A stretch of DNA of 61,137 bases, counting the filler. It is 8 parts of 8 records of this genome, joined end to end, with 100 filler letters (N's around TTAATTAATTAA, not from the genome) between each part and the next. Parts side by side here need not be neighbours in the genome. Positions count along the whole stretch, not along the records: positions 1 to 7,208 come from SRR31147125_274; positions 7,309 to 14,571 come from SRR31147125_275; 6 more parts are not named here. One strand, given 5' to 3'. Below, one piece after another: positions 1 through 11,225 of the stretch. The translations under genes were made by a program, and so were the position numbers. The notes under the pieces are model-generated. The model worked only from the letters and a program-made list of their open reading frames with translations. It searched no databases and was not told the origin of the DNA. Within the stretch, counting starts at the first letter, position 1; each line of letters begins with the position of its first letter.

Positions 1-834
1 AGCATAACTTATCAGGATTTTATCCAGACAGATGCGGCAATTAATCCGGGTAATAGTGGTGGAGCACTGGTCAATTTAAAAGGCGAACTTGTTGGTATTA
101 ATTCAGCCATCGTAGGACAATCCAACGTTGGAATTGGTTTTGCGATTCCGATTTCTCTTGCACGAAATGTCATGGAGCAGCTTATTAATGAAGGGAGAGT
201 GATTCGTGGTTGGTTAGGCGTGGCTATATCTGCAATAGATGAAAATGTTGCTGAAGCGCTGGGATTTGAAGATGTAAAAGGCGTGGAAGTTTCCCAGGTT
301 GTAGAGGATAGCCCTGCTGAAATAGCCGGAGTTCGGGATGGAGATATTATACTTCAGGTCAACAAGGCCAAAATTGATGATCCGAATGATTTGACGAATT
401 TAATCGCCTCATTCGAGCCTGGTACGAAAGTAAGTCTTGATGTATGGCGCGATGGCAAAAATAAAGAAATAGTCGTAAAACTTGGAGAGCGACCCACTGA
501 TGGCGCATTGGCCAGTGAAGAGTCAAGTGAAGATATTCAAAGTAAGTTAGGTCTGGCCATTGAAAATTTAACCGATGAAATGGCTGAGCGATTTGATTAT
601 CAAGATGAAGAAGGTGTGCTTGTAACTGACGTAAAACAAGGATCACCTGCTGCCCGTGAGCGAATTCAACGTGGTGATTTGATTGTTTCTGTTGACAGAA
701 AGCCTGTTAAGAATGTTCGCGAATTTAACAGATTGGTAGATAATCTGGAAGAAAACCAGATCGTATTATTACGCTTAAAAAGACGGAATATGAGTTTCTT
801 CCGTGCTTTACGTGTGCCAAAGGATAAAGAGTAA
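1..834 (+). CDS. degP: DegP/HtrA (Do family) serine protease, 5'-truncated: end of protease domain plus two PDZ domains
   Basis: Frame is open from base 1 and reads [17 protein letters not shown] (catalytic Ser motif), then RGWLGV and two PDZ-like repeats. Confidence 0.92.
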   Translation, partial: SITYQDFIQTDAAINPGNSGGALVNLKGELVGINSAIVGQSNVGIGFAIPISLARNVMEQLINEGRVIRGWLGVAISAIDENVAEALGFEDVKGVEVSQVVEDSPAEIAGVRDGDIILQVNKAKIDDPNDLTNLIASFEPGTKVSLDVWRDGKNKEIVVKLGERPTDGALASEESSEDIQSKLGLAIENLTDEMAERFDYQDEEGVLVTDVKQGSPAARERIQRGDLIVSVDRKPVKNVREFNRLVDNLEENQIVLLRLKRRNMSFFRALRVPKDKE

Positions 835-936
835 GGCTCATTCTTCGGAGCAAGATTTTGTATCCAAACATATTTCCGTTAGAAATGATCTCCTGAAATA
901 ATTATGTTTAATCATTAATTTAAAAAGGAGGCATAG

Positions 937-1383
937 ATGATAATTTGTCGCAAGTGTCATTCAATACATGACGGGAAAAAGTGGATATCAAAGGACATGT
1001 ATAATGAAGAATTAAAATTATCCAAAAGTGATTATGTTCTTTGTGAGGCTTGTAAACGTATCAGAGATAAGATTGTTTATGGTGTGCTTTACGTTGAAGG
1101 CCCAATATTAAAAGAAAAACGTGATGATATCCTAAAAATGATTCGTAAGGAAGAGAAGAACGAACATCGTCATAATCATTTGTCCAGGATTCTGTCAATA
1201 GAGGAAGGACGAAACAAGATGACGATTACTACTATAAATCAATGGCTTGCTTTACATTTAGGTAAGCAATTTCAAAGAAATTATAAAGGTCGGTTGGATA
1301 TCGACCGAGACACCAGCGGACGCAGAGGCAGAGGCGTTAAAGGCAAAGAAGAAGCCGTTGTTAGATGGTGTCAGGCTGTCTAA
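937..1383 (+). CDS. BCAM0308-family/NMD3-like zinc-binding hypothetical protein
   Basis: CxxC...W...CxxCxRIxD pattern, TT..LA..LG motif, AAGGAGG RBS upstream. Confidence 0.65.
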   Translation: MIICRKCHSIHDGKKWISKDMYNEELKLSKSDYVLCEACKRIRDKIVYGVLYVEGPILKEKRDDILKMIRKEEKNEHRHNHLSRILSIEEGRNKMTITTINQWLALHLGKQFQRNYKGRLDIDRDTSGRRGRGVKGKEEAVVRWCQAV

Positions 1384-1418
1384 ACTGATAAAAATTCGAA
1401 AAGGAGATGGAAACTGTT

Positions 1419-1748
1419 ATGCCAACGTATGAGTATCTATGCGAAAGTTGTGATCATAGATTCGAAGCTTTTCAAAGTATGAAGGATGATCCGATCAAGG
1501 TATGCCCCTTATGTGGAGGCAAGGTTAGAAGATTGATTGGTGGTGGTAACGGACTTATTTTCAAAGGATCAGGATTTTACATCACGGATTATAAGAATAA
1601 AAACAGTACAGGAAACAAATCTGCATCTGCAAAGCACTATAACAATAAAAAAAGCGGTGAAAAGAAAAAAATACAACAGAAAAGTCTTCGACATGATGTG
1701 GATGGCAAACACTGTCAAAGAGGCAGGAAATATGTCATAATGTCCTAG
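1419..1748 (+). CDS. FmdB-family zinc-ribbon protein (C-terminal tail uncertain because of A-runs)
   Basis: MPTYEYxCxxC...CPxCGG...IFKGSGFYxTDY signature; AAGGAG at 1401-1406 favours the ATG at 1419. Confidence 0.85.
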   Translation: MPTYEYLCESCDHRFEAFQSMKDDPIKVCPLCGGKVRRLIGGGNGLIFKGSGFYITDYKNKNSTGNKSASAKHYNNKKSGEKKKIQQKSLRHDVDGKHCQRGRKYVIMS

Positions 1749-1773
1749 AATTGACAAAGGTTGTCTAAAAGAT

Positions 1774-1820
1774 AAAAAAACAGGTTCATGAAAAATATTA
1801 TTCATGTACCTGTTTTTTTT
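1774..1820 (+). terminator. Long inverted repeat with T-tract, likely intrinsic terminator
   Basis: AAAAAAACAGGTTCATGAA...TTCATGTACCTGTTTTTTT (one mismatch) just after the FmdB gene. Confidence 0.6.
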
Positions 1821-1855
1821 GTACATGACTCACTTGAAAAGGTCCCAGGATTATT

Positions 1856-1871
1856 TGGCATGCACTTTGCA
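1856..1871 (+). promoter_or_regulatory. Sigma-54 (-24/-12) promoter upstream of dnaK
   Basis: TGGCATGCACTTTGCA has GG-N10-GC spacing and matches TGGCAC-N5-TTGCW; about 75 nt before the dnaK ATG. Confidence 0.65.
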
Positions 1872-1944
1872 TGAAAATATGAAAAGAAAGAAACGACCTC
1901 CGGAAATGAAAAATGACGAAAATAACATAAAGGAGAAAGATTAA

Positions 1945-3864
1945 ATGGGAAAGATTATTGGTATTGATTTAGGTACGACAAACTCTTGTGTCGCTGTTAT
2001 GGAAGGCGGGGAACCGGTTGTTATACCCAGTTCTGAGGGTTCCAGAACGACACCTTCTGTGGTAGCATTTTCAAAGTCTGATGAGCGTCTGGTTGGTCAG
2101 GTTGCAAAGCGTCAGGCTATAACGAATCCTGAAAAAACAATTTACTCGATTAAGAGATTTGTGGGACGACGTCATTCAGAGGTGAGCACTGAGATCGATG
2201 AAGTTCCTTATAAAGTTATTAGTGGCAAAAATGATGTTGCCAGAGTTAAGATTGATGATAAAGAATATACTCCCCAGGAAATATCAGCAATGATCCTGCA
2301 GAAAATGAAGCAAACAGCTGAAGATTATCTTGGAGAAAAAGTGACTGATGCGGTCATTACTGTGCCTGCCTATTTTAATGATAGTCAGCGACAGGCTACC
2401 AAAGAAGCCGGAGATATTGCCGGACTCAATGTAAAGAGAATCATCAACGAGCCAACGGCAGCTTCGTTGGCGTATGGACTAGATAAAAAAGCGAATGAGA
2501 AAATTGCTGTCTATGATCTTGGTGGTGGAACCTTCGATATCTCCATTCTGGAAATTGGAGATGGTGTTTTTGAAGTGAAATCGACAAATGGTGACACTCA
2601 TTTAGGTGGTGATGATTTTGATCAAAAAGTAATTGACTGGATCGTCGATGAATTTGTAAAGCAGGAAGGTGTTGATCTGTCCAAAGATCCGATGGCTGTG
2701 CAACGTTTAAAAGAGGGTGCTGAAAAAGCAAAAATGGAGCTTTCTACGACAACACAGACTGAAATTAATCTTCCATTTATTACAGCGACAGATTCGGGTC
2801 CAAAGCATTTGAATATGACCCTAACCCGGGCTAAATTCGAACAACTTTGTGATGATTTGTTCACAAGATCCCTGGAACCTGTTAAAATAGCCCTGAAAGA
2901 TGCCGGATTATCAGCAAGTGACATTGATGAAATTGTGCTTGTTGGGGGTTCCACGAGAATGCCCAAAGTCCAACAGATGGTCAAGGAGCTTTTTGATAAA
3001 GAGCCACACAAGGGTGTAAATCCTGATGAAGTTGTCGCGATAGGCGCAGCCATTCAGGGTGGTGTATTAGGTGGTGAAGTTACAGACGTGCTGCTTTTGG
3101 ATGTTACACCACTTTCACTGGGTATTGAAACACTGGGTGGTGTCGCCACACAGCTTATTGAAAAAAATACAACCATTCCGACGAAAAAATCAGAGGTTTT
3201 TTCAACGGCAGCAGACAGTCAAACCTCAGTGGAGATTCACATTTTGCAGGGTGAGAGACAGATGGCTACTGATAACCGGACTCTGGGTCGATTCCATTTG
3301 GACGGCATTCCACCTGCACCTCGAGGTGTACCACAAATTGAGGTTACATTTGATATTGATGCGAACGGAATTTTGAATGTTTCTGCCAAAGATAAGGCAA
3401 CTGCGAAGGAACAGTCCATTAGAATAGAAGCTTCAACAGGATTGTCAAAAGAAGAAGTTGAAAAGATGGTGAACGAAGCTAAATCTCATGCGGCAGAAGA
3501 CAAGAAAAAACGTGAAGCTATAGATGTACGCAACCAGGCTGATCAATTGATTTATCAGACTGAGAAAAATATTAATGAGAATAAAGACAAGCTGGACGCG
3601 GAAACAGTAAACAAGCTTGAAGCCGCTGTCGGCCGTCTTAAGGAAGCAGTAAAGACAGATAATGTCGATGAAATAAAATCAGCTACTGAAGCTCTTACCG
3701 AGACCTGGCATGCAGCTGCCTCAAAGATGTATGAAGCAGCTAATCCTCAGCAAGGTGAGCAGGGTCCTGAGGCGCAGGCACAAAGTGAGCCGGAAGCCAA
3801 AGATGATAAGACAAGCGATGCTGAAGAAGCCGATTTTGAAGTAGTTGATGATGATAAAAAGTAA
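1945..3864 (+). CDS. dnaK: Molecular chaperone DnaK (Hsp70)
   Basis: [26 protein letters not shown] motifs; full length; AAGGAG RBS. Confidence 0.99.
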   Translation: MGKIIGIDLGTTNSCVAVMEGGEPVVIPSSEGSRTTPSVVAFSKSDERLVGQVAKRQAITNPEKTIYSIKRFVGRRHSEVSTEIDEVPYKVISGKNDVARVKIDDKEYTPQEISAMILQKMKQTAEDYLGEKVTDAVITVPAYFNDSQRQATKEAGDIAGLNVKRIINEPTAASLAYGLDKKANEKIAVYDLGGGTFDISILEIGDGVFEVKSTNGDTHLGGDDFDQKVIDWIVDEFVKQEGVDLSKDPMAVQRLKEGAEKAKMELSTTTQTEINLPFITATDSGPKHLNMTLTRAKFEQLCDDLFTRSLEPVKIALKDAGLSASDIDEIVLVGGSTRMPKVQQMVKELFDKEPHKGVNPDEVVAIGAAIQGGVLGGEVTDVLLLDVTPLSLGIETLGGVATQLIEKNTTIPTKKSEVFSTAADSQTSVEIHILQGERQMATDNRTLGRFHLDGIPPAPRGVPQIEVTFDIDANGILNVSAKDKATAKEQSIRIEASTGLSKEEVEKMVNEAKSHAAEDKKKREAIDVRNQADQLIYQTEKNINENKDKLDAETVNKLEAAVGRLKEAVKTDNVDEIKSATEALTETWHAAASKMYEAANPQQGEQGPEAQAQSEPEAKDDKTSDAEEADFEVVDDDKK

Positions 3865-3891
3865 AGAATTATAGCGTAAAATAGGTAATAA

Positions 3892-3923
3892 TCAAAAAGG
3901 CGAGAAAATTTTCGCCTTTTTGA
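3892..3923 (+). terminator. Hairpin between dnaK and clpB (terminator or attenuator)
   Basis: TCAAAAAGGCGA...TCGCCTTTTTGA perfect 12-bp inverted repeat. Confidence 0.6.
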
Positions 3924-3942
3924 ATAAAAAGGGGTGAATGTT

Positions 3943-6555
3943 ATGATTTCATTAGACAAACTTACATTAAAAGTGCAGGAGGCTCTTAATAAAGCGCAGC
4001 AGATTGCCACTGATAGAGGCCATCAGCAGATTGAACCTGTGCATATCCTGGCTGGAATTTTGGAACCACAGGAAGGTGTCGCCAGGGCGGTGTTGAAAAA
4101 AATTGGCGTTGAGACGGGTCTGGTAAAGAATCAGGCTGAAGAAAAAATTACTGCGCTACCTAAAGTATCCGGCGGCGTAGGGCAAATATATTTATCTCAG
4201 GATACAAGTCGTTTATTTGAGAGTGCTTTGAAAAAAGCCAATCAATTACGTGATGAATTTGTCAGTATTGAGCATGTACTTTTGAGCCTGAGTGAGGATA
4301 AAACAGTTGCCGGACAGCTTTTACGAGAGTATGGGCTGAGTCATGACGCGATTTTAAATGTATTAAAGGTCGTGCGTGGAACTCAGCGGGTCACAGATCA
4401 AAATCCGGAGGAAAAGTATCAGGCCTTAAAAAAATACGCGCGAAATCTCAATGATCTTGCACAAAGTGGCAAACTTGATCCTGTTATTGGTCGGGACGAA
4501 GAAATACGACGGGTATTGCAGGTGTTATCGCGCCGAACAAAGAATAATCCGGTTCTTATCGGCGAGCCAGGAGTTGGCAAGACAGCTATAGCCGAGGGAA
4601 TGGCACACAGAATTATTCAAGGTGATGTGCCAGAGTCATTGAAAACAAAGCAGATACTGGCGCTGGATATTGGAGCTCTTATTGCAGGAGCTAAATTCAG
4701 GGGCGAATTTGAAGAAAGATTGAAAGCGATTCTAAAAGAGGTGGTAGAAGCGGACGGCGAGATCATTTTATTTATAGATGAGTTGCATACCCTTGTTGGT
4801 GCCGGTGCCGCAGAGGGTGCTATGGATGCCTCCAATATGTTAAAGCCTGCATTGGCCAGGGGAGAGCTTCGTGCCATTGGAGCGACAACTCTGAGCGAAT
4901 ATCAAAAATATATTGAAAAAGACGCTGCACTGGAACGACGGTTTCAACCTGTTCTGGTTACAGAGCCATCCGTAGAGGATACCATTTCGATTTTACGCGG
5001 ATTAAAAGAGAAATATGAGGTACACCATGGAGTACGGATTAAAGACAGTGCCCTCATTTCAGCCGTCACTTTATCGGATCGCTATATCACGGATCGTTTT
5101 TTACCTGATAAAGCAATAGACCTGATTGATGAAGCTGCCTCAAAATTGCGCATCGAGATTGATAGCATGCCTGCAGAATTGGATGAGGTGGAGAGGAAAC
5201 TTAAGCAGCTGGAAATCGAAAAACAGGCGCTTAAAAAAGAAAAGGATGAAGCCTCTCTTAAAAGGATTGAAATTGTAAATAGAGACATTGCGAACCTTGG
5301 TGAACTCAGAAAAGAGTTGAGAGCTCATTGGAATCTGGAAAAGGAGGTCATAGATAAGATACGATCTCTTAAGGAAAAATTAGATATAGCAAAGACAGAG
5401 TCTGCCAAAGCTGAAAGAGACGGGGATTTGACTCGCGCGGCAGAATACAAGTATGGAAAACTGGTTGAGCTGCAGCAGGATCTCGCAAAGGCGAACAAGA
5501 GTTTACTTGAATTGCAAAAAGATCGACAAATGTTAAAAGAAGAAGTCGATGAGGAAGATACAGCCGAAGTTGTAGCAAAATGGACTGGTATACCCGTGAA
5601 TAGAATGCTGGAAAGTGAAAAAGAAAAATTATTAAAGATGGAAGATCGCATACACCAGCGGCTTGTTGGGCAAAATGAAGCTGTTACAGCTGTCTCTAAT
5701 GCGATTCGTCGTTCACGAGCCGGCTTGCAGGAGCAGACGCGCCCGATCGGGTCCTTTATCTTTTTGGGTTCAACCGGAGTCGGAAAGACCGAATTGGCAC
5801 GGGCATTGGCTGAAATTTTGTTTGATGATGAAAAGGCAGTCGTACGAATTGATATGTCCGAATACATGGAGCGACACTCTGTATCCCGATTAATAGGTGC
5901 GCCTCCAGGTTATGTCGGTTATGAGGAAGGTGGCCAATTGACAGAAGCTGTTCGCCGACGCCCCTATTCTGTTGTGCTGCTTGATGAGATCGAGAAAGCG
6001 CATCCCGAGGTTTTTAATATATTACTGCAAGTACTTGATGATGGTAGGCTAACAGACAGTAAAGGCCGAACAGTCAATTTTACGAACACGATTATCATTA
6101 TGACGTCAAATATTGGTGCTCAACTGATCATGGAAAGGTCTCAAAATATAACAGAGATAAACAAAGAGAAAATACATGACGATATAGAAAATGACGTATA
6201 CCAGATGCTAAAATCAGTGCTTCGACCGGAATTTTTAAATCGCATTGATGATATTATTGTTTTTCAGTCATTAGACAAAAACGATATCGAGAAAATAATC
6301 CATTTACAGATAAAGAATGTTAACAAGTTATTAAAGAAACAGGACCTGAAATTGGAACTATCCGAGGATGCTGTCGTTTATTTGACACAGAATGGATATG
6401 ATCCTGCATTTGGTGCAAGACCTTTAAAACGTCTTATCCAAAAGGAAATTATAAATCCTTTATCAATGAAGATATTAGAAGGTAGTGTTAGTTCAAATAG
6501 CGTTTTAAACGTTGTAATGGATCAAAATTTGCTTGCTTTTATTCAAAAATCCTAA
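3943..6555 (+). CDS. clpB: ATP-dependent disaggregase ClpB
   Basis: Two AAA+ modules ([16 protein letters not shown]), coiled-coil middle domain, GYVGYEEGG loop. Confidence 0.98.
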   Translation: MISLDKLTLKVQEALNKAQQIATDRGHQQIEPVHILAGILEPQEGVARAVLKKIGVETGLVKNQAEEKITALPKVSGGVGQIYLSQDTSRLFESALKKANQLRDEFVSIEHVLLSLSEDKTVAGQLLREYGLSHDAILNVLKVVRGTQRVTDQNPEEKYQALKKYARNLNDLAQSGKLDPVIGRDEEIRRVLQVLSRRTKNNPVLIGEPGVGKTAIAEGMAHRIIQGDVPESLKTKQILALDIGALIAGAKFRGEFEERLKAILKEVVEADGEIILFIDELHTLVGAGAAEGAMDASNMLKPALARGELRAIGATTLSEYQKYIEKDAALERRFQPVLVTEPSVEDTISILRGLKEKYEVHHGVRIKDSALISAVTLSDRYITDRFLPDKAIDLIDEAASKLRIEIDSMPAELDEVERKLKQLEIEKQALKKEKDEASLKRIEIVNRDIANLGELRKELRAHWNLEKEVIDKIRSLKEKLDIAKTESAKAERDGDLTRAAEYKYGKLVELQQDLAKANKSLLELQKDRQMLKEEVDEEDTAEVVAKWTGIPVNRMLESEKEKLLKMEDRIHQRLVGQNEAVTAVSNAIRRSRAGLQEQTRPIGSFIFLGSTGVGKTELARALAEILFDDEKAVVRIDMSEYMERHSVSRLIGAPPGYVGYEEGGQLTEAVRRRPYSVVLLDEIEKAHPEVFNILLQVLDDGRLTDSKGRTVNFTNTIIIMTSNIGAQLIMERSQNITEINKEKIHDDIENDVYQMLKSVLRPEFLNRIDDIIVFQSLDKNDIEKIIHLQIKNVNKLLKKQDLKLELSEDAVVYLTQNGYDPAFGARPLKRLIQKEIINPLSMKILEGSVSSNSVLNVVMDQNLLAFIQKS

Positions 6556-6630
6556 TAAATTAGTAATTATATAATTAAATAATCCTGGTATCAGGTGACA
6601 TTTTAATTATTAACATTTCGGAGGAGGTTA

Positions 6631-7131
6631 ATGAAACACTGGTATTTTCATTTTTCCACGATTGTAGTACTTGTAATGCTGATAATGGGGTGCGGTGAAA
6701 AATTGACAGAAGAACAAATGTATGCCAAAGCTTCAGAATCTGAGAACGACAAGAATATAACAGAAGCGATTGGTTATTATGAGAAAATTGTAAACACTTT
6801 TCCGGAATCAGATGCGTCTGCAGAAACATTGTATAAATTAGGCGTTTATTATGCAAACCATCTGAAAGATTTCGAAAAATCAGTGAATGCTTACAAACGA
6901 TTGATAGAGCAATACCCGAATAGCAGCTTTGTTGTTCAATCTTCTTTCATGATAGGATATCGATATGCAAATGATATTAAAGATCTGGAAAAGGCGAAAA
7001 CAGCATATCAGGATTTTTTGAAGAAATATCCGGAACATGAATTAGCTTCCTCTGTTCAATGGGAACTTGATCATTTAGGTGAGGATATCAGTTCGATAGA
7101 GATTCAATTGGGTAATAACAAAACCGAATAA
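6631..7131 (+). CDS. TPR-repeat lipoprotein (BamD/CpoB-like repeats)
   Basis: Lipobox-like LIMGC; repeated 'Y..I...YP.S' TPR pattern; GGAGG RBS. Confidence 0.75.
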   Translation: MKHWYFHFSTIVVLVMLIMGCGEKLTEEQMYAKASESENDKNITEAIGYYEKIVNTFPESDASAETLYKLGVYYANHLKDFEKSVNAYKRLIEQYPNSSFVVQSSFMIGYRYANDIKDLEKAKTAYQDFLKKYPEHELASSVQWELDHLGEDISSIEIQLGNNKTE

Positions 7132-7208
7132 TGATATTTTATTTATTAGTAAAAGAAACCAATATTCGTCTCTATTTTTATACTTAAATTAGAAAATACA
7201 GGCTTTTT

Positions 7209-7308
7209 NNNNNNNNNNNNNNNNNNNNNNNNNNNNNNNNNNNNNNNNNNNNTTAATTAATTAANNNNNNNNNNNNNNNNNNNNNNNNNNNNNNNNNNNN
7301 NNNNNNNN
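7209..7308. other. Artificial contig linker 1
   Basis: N44-TTAATTAATTAA-N44 (stops in all six frames). Confidence 0.98.
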
Positions 7309-7712
7309 GCATCTGCCGGAGCAACAATACTCATATTTGGAATTGCTCTCATCAAAGCAATATCATCAAATGCGAGATGCGTTGAGCCAAGTGGCGCATA
7401 GACCACCCCTCCCCCACTACCAATAAGGCGTACAGGGAGATTATGCATAGCAATATCCAGCATTACCTGTTCATAGCAGCGTCTGGTAAGAAATGGAGCA
7501 ATCGTATTGATATAGACAATATGCCCATCCATTGCCAACCCGGATGCCATCCCGATTATATTCTGCTCGGCAATCCCTTCCATGAAAAATTGCTTCGGAA
7601 GGTTGTTTTTAAATTCCTCAAGAGTCTTATAACCAAGATCAGAACCGATAAAGACAACTCTTTCATCTTGTTGTGCAAGTTTATAAACTCCATCCAATGC
7701 TGTCTTACGCAT
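7309..7712 (-). CDS. Transketolase-like protein, pyrimidine-binding/C-terminal subunit (3'-truncated)
   Basis: GIAEQN, GSTH and DIALMRAIPNM motifs; overlaps the N-subunit stop. Confidence 0.9.
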
Positions 7713-8514
7713 CTCTCAGCTCCTTATGCAGTGCTTCTACCTCTTCATCAGATATTTTAGCTTTATGATGCCAGGATAAATTATTCTCCAACGATTTAAT
7801 ACCCTTCCCTTTGACTGTATGACATATTACAGCTGTAGGTTTTTCAGATTGCAGAGGAAGTTTAGAGAAAGTTTCGAATAACTTTTCTTCATCATGACCA
7901 TCTATCTCTACTACCTCAAAACCAAATGCACGCCATTTATCAGCAAATGGCTCGAGTGGCTGAACCTCTTCATTCGACCCATATGACTGTACATGGTTAT
8001 AATCCACTATTGCTGTCAGATTATCCAGCTTATACTTATGTGCAGACATAGCAGCTTCCCAGACAGAACCTTCGTTACATTCACCATCACCCATAACAAC
8101 AAAGACTCTGCCACAACTGTTTCTGAGCTTGAGTGACAATGCCTGCCCGATGCCGATAGATAGCCCATGACCCAAGCTTCCAGTACTCGCCTCTACACCT
8201 GGTACTTTACCAAATTTAGGGTGACCGCCGAGAATTGAATCAAAATGACAAAATGTTTTCAAATGCTCTTTTGCAAAAAAACCGAGATCCGCAAGTATTG
8301 CATAAAGAACTATACAACCATGCCCCTTACTCAGTATCAATCTATCTCTATCAGACCATTCAGGATTCCCGGTATCATATTTTAAAATCTTATCATATAA
8401 AACTGTAAGAATCTCTGTCATAGAAAGGGCAGACGGTACGTGTCCGCGAGCACCGTCTTTAAAGATATTTAAAATTGATTTCCTAATTTCAAGTGCTCTT
8501 TGTGTCTGTTTCAT
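7705..8514 (-). CDS. Transketolase-like protein, TPP-binding N-terminal subunit
   Basis: GHVPSALS, LSKGH, GSLGHG, GDGE...N TPP motif, TVKGKG. Confidence 0.92.
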   Translation of the reverse strand: MKQTQRALEIRKSILNIFKDGARGHVPSALSMTEILTVLYDKILKYDTGNPEWSDRDRLILSKGHGCIVLYAILADLGFFAKEHLKTFCHFDSILGGHPKFGKVPGVEASTGSLGHGLSIGIGQALSLKLRNSCGRVFVVMGDGECNEGSVWEAAMSAHKYKLDNLTAIVDYNHVQSYGSNEEVQPLEPFADKWRAFGFEVVEIDGHDEEKLFETFSKLPLQSEKPTAVICHTVKGKGIKSLENNLSWHHKAKISDEEVEALHKELRDA

Positions 8515-9542
8515 ATCCTATTCTTTTCCTTCAGAAAATTAAGCAAACATTCTGCTTTATTCAAGCGTTCACTCAGCAACTCTTCAAGTTCAATAAATTC
8601 TGAGAATACTCTTCGGTTTAAATCATTATCAGAAAACACATTAAGAATTATCAAACACCATTTAACTCCAAAAAGATTGTATGTATTATTGATTCGGAAT
8701 AAAAGGTTTTGATCATCTTTAAAATTATCACAAAGAATTGTTTTAAATTTCAAACGTTCTTCATACGAAAGCTCAAACCCGGGATGGAGTAAAAAATCAT
8801 TGATACATTTCTCCGGTGCATCCCAGCCAAAATATTCAAAATCTATACAATACAACCTATTATCATTACCATAAATAATATTATGAAAACCGAAATCTGA
8901 CGGTGATAAGATACGGTAATTATGCTCTAATTTCGTATTCAAATTTATATCAAAAGCAGCGTTTTCCTGTATAGAGCGATTTTTCTCTCTCGTATAATAC
9001 GGAATAAGCTGACTATCATAAAAAACACGAAATTTTTCATATAACTTTGAAGTATTCTTAGTCTTACCAAATCTTTTGAACCGGCTCTCAATATCAGCAA
9101 ACAACTCTGTCAAACAGAATGAAGCATCGGCAGCATTATTAAAACCTGAAAACGCATTCCGGATATCTTCTTGCTGTAAAGAAAGAATTAATTCAGCTAA
9201 TCCTTTCAGATTAGCTGAATTAAACTCTTCTGTATTATATTTACAACCATTGATATACGAGTATACAGCAATTTTATCCACTGAATCTATTGCTATAACT
9301 TGAGGTACTGACTCAAAACCTGTTTTATTCAACAGTTTAAAGGCTGTACTTTCAACATATAAACGATCCCTGCTGTCTTCTTCCGACTGAAAATACCACT
9401 TCACACAATAAGCTCTACCTTTACTATCAACAACTTTATAGACCCTACTGTTATAACCTCCACTCAATTTAGTGATATCAGCAATCTCAGAGCTAAGATT
9501 ATTCTCGAAAACACTGCTTATTTTATCATAATCCAAGTTCAT
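8511..9542 (-). CDS. Aminoglycoside-phosphotransferase/choline-kinase-like (APH family) kinase
   Basis: GGYNS Gly loop, VK lysine, SPSDFGFHN (Brenner-like) and IDFEYFGWD motifs. Confidence 0.8.
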   Translation of the reverse strand: MNLDYDKISSVFENNLSSEIADITKLSGGYNSRVYKVVDSKGRAYCVKWYFQSEEDSRDRLYVESTAFKLLNKTGFESVPQVIAIDSVDKIAVYSYINGCKYNTEEFNSANLKGLAELILSLQQEDIRNAFSGFNNAADASFCLTELFADIESRFKRFGKTKNTSKLYEKFRVFYDSQLIPYYTREKNRSIQENAAFDINLNTKLEHNYRILSPSDFGFHNIIYGNDNRLYCIDFEYFGWDAPEKCINDFLLHPGFELSYEERLKFKTILCDNFKDDQNLLFRINNTYNLFGVKWCLIILNVFSDNDLNRRVFSEFIELEELLSERLNKAECLLNFLKEKNRI

Positions 9543-10158
9543 TCTTAATATATTCCATAATGTCTATCCAGGAATCAGATTTATAATTATAATAAGTCTG
9601 GCATAATTCTTTATTACTGGAAAATAGTACTCTTTTTACTACCCCGGGAAATGCTTCTTCTTCAAAAACCTCTATTAGATCATCTATAAAAATATCACAC
9701 TTCTCAGTGACTACCCGTTGAATTTTCTCTGTTCTGGTACTTTCAAAAAAGATATCATCCTCAGGAATCAATATATCTAAAATACCATTATCTTTGAGCC
9801 AGTTTTTTGCTGCTGTACGAAGGTTTAATTCTTTTTCAGTATTAGCAAATTTTGTCTTATGACTTACTATCTTCAGCCTGACCGGCATATCTTTTAACTG
9901 TTTGATTGTTGCTATCACACCTACTGCAGGAGGTGCCTGCAATATACTTCTCCCATAAACCTCTGTCTGAAGCTCACGCCACTTCATCTCTCCATTTTCC
10001 TGCTTTCTCAACAAATCACGGACTGCTTGTTTACTGGACGCTACAGGTAAATTGAGTGCATGCCATTTATTTGCAATATCAACAAATAAATTATCGTAAA
10101 TAATGATAGTATTATCGAAATCTATCCCTATAACAGGTTTGTTAGATAAAATTGACAT
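9526..10158 (-). CDS. HAD-superfamily hydrolase
   Basis: IGIDFDNT motif I, SHKT, FIDDL motif IV. Confidence 0.8.
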   Translation of the reverse strand: MSILSNKPVIGIDFDNTIIIYDNLFVDIANKWHALNLPVASSKQAVRDLLRKQENGEMKWRELQTEVYGRSILQAPPAVGVIATIKQLKDMPVRLKIVSHKTKFANTEKELNLRTAAKNWLKDNGILDILIPEDDIFFESTRTEKIQRVVTEKCDIFIDDLIEVFEEEAFPGVVKRVLFSSNKELCQTYYNYKSDSWIDIMEYIKNELGL

Positions 10159-11212
10159 GATCAACAGGATTCTTTAATTCATATAAATAACGATTAATTT
10201 TATCCATACGGCAGTTTATCCGACATTCAGAGATATTCCAATTGTTTTTCATCATCTCAAGGTGCTTCTTACGCTTCTCTCCCTGCCATATATCTTCAAA
10301 GGTATTCTCATTGATATTGCCATAACAGAATCTTTCATCAGTAAGAAAGACACTACATCCCCAGACATTTCCACCTGCATCGATATAACTCCAGAATGGC
10401 AGCGCCAGACACTTGTCGTAAGTAATATTGCTCTCATCCCAACTTTGCATTGTCTCTGCTCTGAATATAACTTTGAAGCTTTCTGTATTGTATGCAGCAA
10501 GTTCCTGTTCAAGCTTTAAGTCTTCATCATAGCTTATGTTTTCATAGATTCGTGTTTCACTATTGGTATGCTGTGAATACGGCTTGATAACAAGATAATC
10601 AACACCAATATCACCCGCTATTTTTGCCAGAGATTTTACAGTATCTCTGTTTTCCGGCAAAAGTATCATCTGCATACCGATAGTACAGGAAAGATTATCT
10701 TTCACCTTCATCTCTACCGCTTTTGAAATATTATGTATTGTATTTTCAAAGTCACCCGGTTTCCCACGATGTATCTGATCATATACAGCACTCTCTCCTG
10801 CATTGATGCTGACTTTGATCCACTCTGTATGCGGAAGTATTTTAACTGCCTTGTCCGGTGTCATTACAGACCCATTGGTCGTAATTGACTGATCAATACC
10901 TGACTCTTTACCACATATTATAATATCTACCAGATCCTTATTGATAAACGGTTCACCTTCTCCTCCATGCATAATACTTTTGACACCGAGTTTACCCATC
11001 TCCGGCAATCGTTTTTTTAATACCTCAAGGCTGAGAAATCTGGTCTGATATCCCATAAAATCAAGCCCACAGAAATTACACCTGTGGTTACATGCACCAG
11101 ACGGGCTTAATTCCATATATATTGGATAACAATCCCCAGTTTCCAACCACTCAGCAACCCGCTGAGGATGATATATTAATTTATGACTATCGATTCTATA
11201 CTTATCAGACAT
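10142..11212 (-). CDS. Radical SAM enzyme with C-terminal SPASM/Twitch-like domain
   Basis: CNHRCNFC, GGEGEP, TNG; C-terminal C...GC...GNI...C..NC. Confidence 0.92.
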   Translation of the reverse strand: MSDKYRIDSHKLIYHPQRVAEWLETGDCYPIYMELSPSGACNHRCNFCGLDFMGYQTRFLSLEVLKKRLPEMGKLGVKSIMHGGEGEPFINKDLVDIIICGKESGIDQSITTNGSVMTPDKAVKILPHTEWIKVSINAGESAVYDQIHRGKPGDFENTIHNISKAVEMKVKDNLSCTIGMQMILLPENRDTVKSLAKIAGDIGVDYLVIKPYSQHTNSETRIYENISYDEDLKLEQELAAYNTESFKVIFRAETMQSWDESNITYDKCLALPFWSYIDAGGNVWGCSVFLTDERFCYGNINENTFEDIWQGEKRKKHLEMMKNNWNISECRINCRMDKINRYLYELKNPVDHVNFI

Positions 11213-11225
11213 TTTCTTACACCTA

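Noticed and set aside
1801-1944. CIRCE/HrcA operator before dnaK
   Set aside because: No TTAGCACTC-N9-GAGTGCTAA match seen
2444-5893. Antisense and alternate-frame ORFs over dnaK/clpB (and likewise over the MCP, mutS2, sulfatase, DctP and the sigma-54 activators)
   Set aside because: Shadow ORFs of well-supported genes with no recognisable motifs; this includes the 261-aa ORF at 38759-39544
7253-7264. Recurring TTAATTAATTAA as a biological repeat or CRISPR-like element
   Set aside because: It is always centred in identical N-padding; it is a six-frame-stop assembly linker
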